Source: Saprolegnia diclina VS20
Taxonomy: Eukaryota
NCBI RefSeq assembly: GCF_000281045.1
Contig: NW_008246112.1
Span: forward strand, 200,909 to 251,038
Length of the DNA: 50,130 bases
Direction: 5' to 3'
The notes under the pieces: generated by a model
What the model was told of the DNA's origin: nothing
The model's input: the letters and a program-made list of their open reading frames with translations, nothing else
Databases searched by the model: none
In this document: positions 46,889-50,130 of the stretch, piece by piece
Numbering within the stretch: position 1 is the stretch's first letter
Layout: each line of letters opens with the position of its first letter
Translations under genes and position numbers: made by a program

Positions 46889-47251
46889 ATCAAAAAAATG
46901 TCATGTGTGTTGCAACAACACGATCCTCAGCAATCACATTGTATCCAAGGGAGACGCGCGGTAGTATAGATTCAAGGGGAGTCCACAAGCTTGAGCACAT
47001 TTACACAAAATAAATTGATTGTGGAAACATTACCGAGCGTGGAACAGAGCAGGCGGTACCCTCGGGGCAGCCAAGGAAGTCATCGTCTTCGGTAGCGTTG
47101 AAGTTCACGTCGGGTAATCGGTTTTTAAAGCCTATCCGGCTTCGTCGCCCCGCCGGCAACCCACATCTACACGAAGTCCTGAGCCAGGCCTGTCATTTGA
47201 CCTTACAGCCCTGCCAACTCCACCGACTCTTGCCTCAAGTACAGACCCATG

Positions 47252-48216
47252 NNNNNNNNNNNNNNNNNNNNNNNNNNNNNNNNNNNNNNNNNNNNNNNNN
47301 NNNNNNNNNNNNNNNNNNNNNNNNNNNNNNNNNNNNNNNNNNNNNNNNNNNNNNNNNNNNNNNNNNNNNNNNNNNNNNNNNNNNNNNNNNNNNNNNNNNN
47401 NNNNNNNNNNNNNNNNNNNNNNNNNNNNNNNNNNNNNNNNNNNNNNNNNNNNNNNNNNNNNNNNNNNNNNNNNNNNNNNNNNNNNNNNNNNNNNNNNNNN
47501 NNNNNNNNNNNNNNNNNNNNNNNNNNNNNNNNNNNNNNNNNNNNNNNNNNNNNNNNNNNNNNNNNNNNNNNNNNNNNNNNNNNNNNNNNNNNNNNNNNNN
47601 NNNNNNNNNNNNNNNNNNNNNNNNNNNNNNNNNNNNNNNNNNNNNNNNNNNNNNNNNNNNNNNNNNNNNNNNNNNNNNNNNNNNNNNNNNNNNNNNNNNN
47701 NNNNNNNNNNNNNNNNNNNNNNNNNNNNNNNNNNNNNNNNNNNNNNNNNNNNNNNNNNNNNNNNNNNNNNNNNNNNNNNNNNNNNNNNNNNNNNNNNNNN
47801 NNNNNNNNNNNNNNNNNNNNNNNNNNNNNNNNNNNNNNNNNNNNNNNNNNNNNNNNNNNNNNNNNNNNNNNNNNNNNNNNNNNNNNNNNNNNNNNNNNNN
47901 NNNNNNNNNNNNNNNNNNNNNNNNNNNNNNNNNNNNNNNNNNNNNNNNNNNNNNNNNNNNNNNNNNNNNNNNNNNNNNNNNNNNNNNNNNNNNNNNNNNN
48001 NNNNNNNNNNNNNNNNNNNNNNNNNNNNNNNNNNNNNNNNNNNNNNNNNNNNNNNNNNNNNNNNNNNNNNNNNNNNNNNNNNNNNNNNNNNNNNNNNNNN
48101 NNNNNNNNNNNNNNNNNNNNNNNNNNNNNNNNNNNNNNNNNNNNNNNNNNNNNNNNNNNNNNNNNNNNNNNNNNNNNNNNNNNNNNNNNNNNNNNNNNNN
48201 NNNNNNNNNNNNNNNN
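47252..48216. other. Assembly gap (965 N)
   Basis: Run of N. Confidence 1.
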
Positions 48217-49632
48217 CAAGTTCACTGCGCTCGGGACGGCTTGTATTGTGACAGAAGCATTCGCCGCCACCAAGACATGCAACGACGCAGCCAAGGTCGT
48301 GTGCGCGCCAGACGCGCCAGGTACCTTCAAGCACAACACGAACGAATGGTTGCGGCAACACATCTACTTTCGTAGCAACACCCAAACCTGCTCCGTCCTC
48401 CCCAACATCACGTACGGACATATTCTCACTGTCATTTCGACTGTAGTGCTGCGTAGACACGGGCATCATCGTTGGTGTTGCTGTCGCTCTCGTTTTGCTT
48501 GTCGCGGGTGCCGTCGTTTACTGGTGGCAGCGCAAGAAGCAACCCTCTCCCTCGCCACCGGAAGAGTATATTCTCGTGGCTCCCAGTCCCAAGAGCTTGA
48601 CAGGCACCATGCCGTCGACAGAGCCACCAAAAGTTTTGCCAGCGGTTAGCCTCCCGCCTTCGGAAAGCAAGCTCGTTGTCGAGATCGTTGTCGATCTCAA
48701 CGTCCTCCGGCGTCTACGGCTCGAGCGCGAAGACCTTGTCGTAACAGGGTCGGCACCCATCGCGTCCGGAGCCTACGGCGAAGTGTGGCTTGGCACGTAT
48801 GCCAAGCAACCCGTGGCCGTCAAGCGCGTCAAGGACAAGTCGGATAAGAGCCTCGTCAAGTTCATCGCAGAAATCGCGCTCATGGCCAGGTACTATGAAA
48901 TTTGTCTTGCAAGTATGACATGAAACGTGTAGAATCGAGTGTCAGTATATCGTGTCGCTTGTCGGCGCCAGCTGGTCGCGGCCCACCGACCTCGAGTGCG
49001 TCGTCGAGTTTATGAACTTGGGGGATCTCCGCTCGTACTTGAGTTCGACGTCCCCGGATGTGTTTACATGGCGTGAAAAGCGTGCAAGCATTTTGCAAGT
49101 CGCCCAAGGCCTTGTGTACCTCCACACGTTTGAGAATCCAGTCATCCACCGCGACCTCAAGAGCCGCAACGTCTTGTTGGACGCGACCAAAGGGTCCAAA
49201 CTCACCGACTTTGGCGAGTCCCGCGAGATGGACGAAGACACGCTCACGAACGGGGTCGGTACGTTCCAGTGGATGGCACCCGAGATCATTACGGGCCACG
49301 ACTACTCGACCGCGGCCGACGTCTACTCATTTGGTACACCTCCAGTCTTGCATAGGGATAGGTGTCTCATGCGAGGGGTAGGGGTATTGCTCTCCGAGTA
49401 TTCGACGCATCGTGTGCCGTACGCGGACAAGATGAATCCACGCACAAACAAACCCGCAAACCAGCAGTTCATCATGATGCAAGTGCTCTCGGGGCAGTTC
49501 ACGCCGACGTTCGAAACGGCGACGACACCGCAATGGGTCCTCGACCTCGGCGCCAAGTGTCTCGCCCACGACCCGGAAGCGCGGCCCAATATGCTAGAGA
49601 TTGCAACCCTCGTGCGCGCGGCGCACGAGTAG
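48217..49632 (+). CDS. Single-pass receptor-like TKL protein kinase, 5' end lost in the gap
   Basis: Transmembrane segment GIIVGVAVALVLLVAGAVVYWW-QRKK, then ASGAYGEV, VAVK, HRDLKSRN, DFG, WMAPE and DVYSFG, with short introns. Confidence 0.9.
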
Positions 49633-50130
49633 CTGGAACGACTCGAGTTTTGTACACAGTATGCATCCATGGGATGTGCAGCAAGTCGATATCAGAGAAA
49701 AAATACTCGTGTATTCCACCCAGTGGGAATGCCAAAAATACGTTCTGCAGTAGATCAAAGCAGGTCTTTTGTATCGATCCTGCGAGACCTTCTGTGCTAA
49801 AGTCGACCTGGCTAAACGTGTAAGTTGATTTAGCAGAGCCAAAGTAACACATAGTGTCCCAAGCTGCCGGTCGCGCGTCGGAGTCCAGCAGCGCAGACTG
49901 ATCTTCTGCACCGAGACGGTGACGTTGCGAACGCATCCGCCGTGATTGTCACCGAGGATGACGAGCCTAGACCGGTCAAGCTCCGCATCGCCACGGGCTT
50001 CAAGGCCTGCTACGAAGAGCTCACTGTTGCTGGCGGACCGCAGCTCCTGCGCCCGATTCTCTCGCCCAAACACGTACCAACAGACACGCCACCCGTCGAT
50101 GCGAGTGTCATCGGGTGGGCTTGTGGTCGT

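Noticed and set aside
47098..48649. Long ORFs spanning the N run
   Set aside because: Artefacts of translating the assembly gap.

Overview
Gene-dense, GC-rich eukaryotic DNA with short (mostly 35-60 nt) GT-AG introns and oomycete-type Inr/FPR core promoters. Gene content and style point to a saprolegnialean oomycete (Saprolegnia/Achlya-like; inference). Bases 1-15.4 kb are mostly a decaying tandem/inverted array of F-box-like/RNI-type LRR genes, interspersed with an SDS22-like LRR gene, mS23 and SmD1. The last copy is fused tail-to-tail with a truncated PTPS-III gene. The rest holds housekeeping genes: HSP70, an ankyrin-repeat gene, ZNRD2-like, SF3A1, GNL1, a divergent DLST, THI4, an SLC17-type MFS transporter, cyclophilin, ITPK1, ALKBH7, INTS8, RNASEH2C, a Tudor-less SMN and a TKL receptor kinase. 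It also holds an internally deleted Ty3/Gypsy element with a nested LINE fragment, and a 965-nt assembly gap. The standout non-coding signal is a complete TPP riboswitch aptamer (32191-32326, minus strand) inside a predicted uORF-containing 5'-UTR intron of THI4. All calls come from reading the sequence; no database searches were run.
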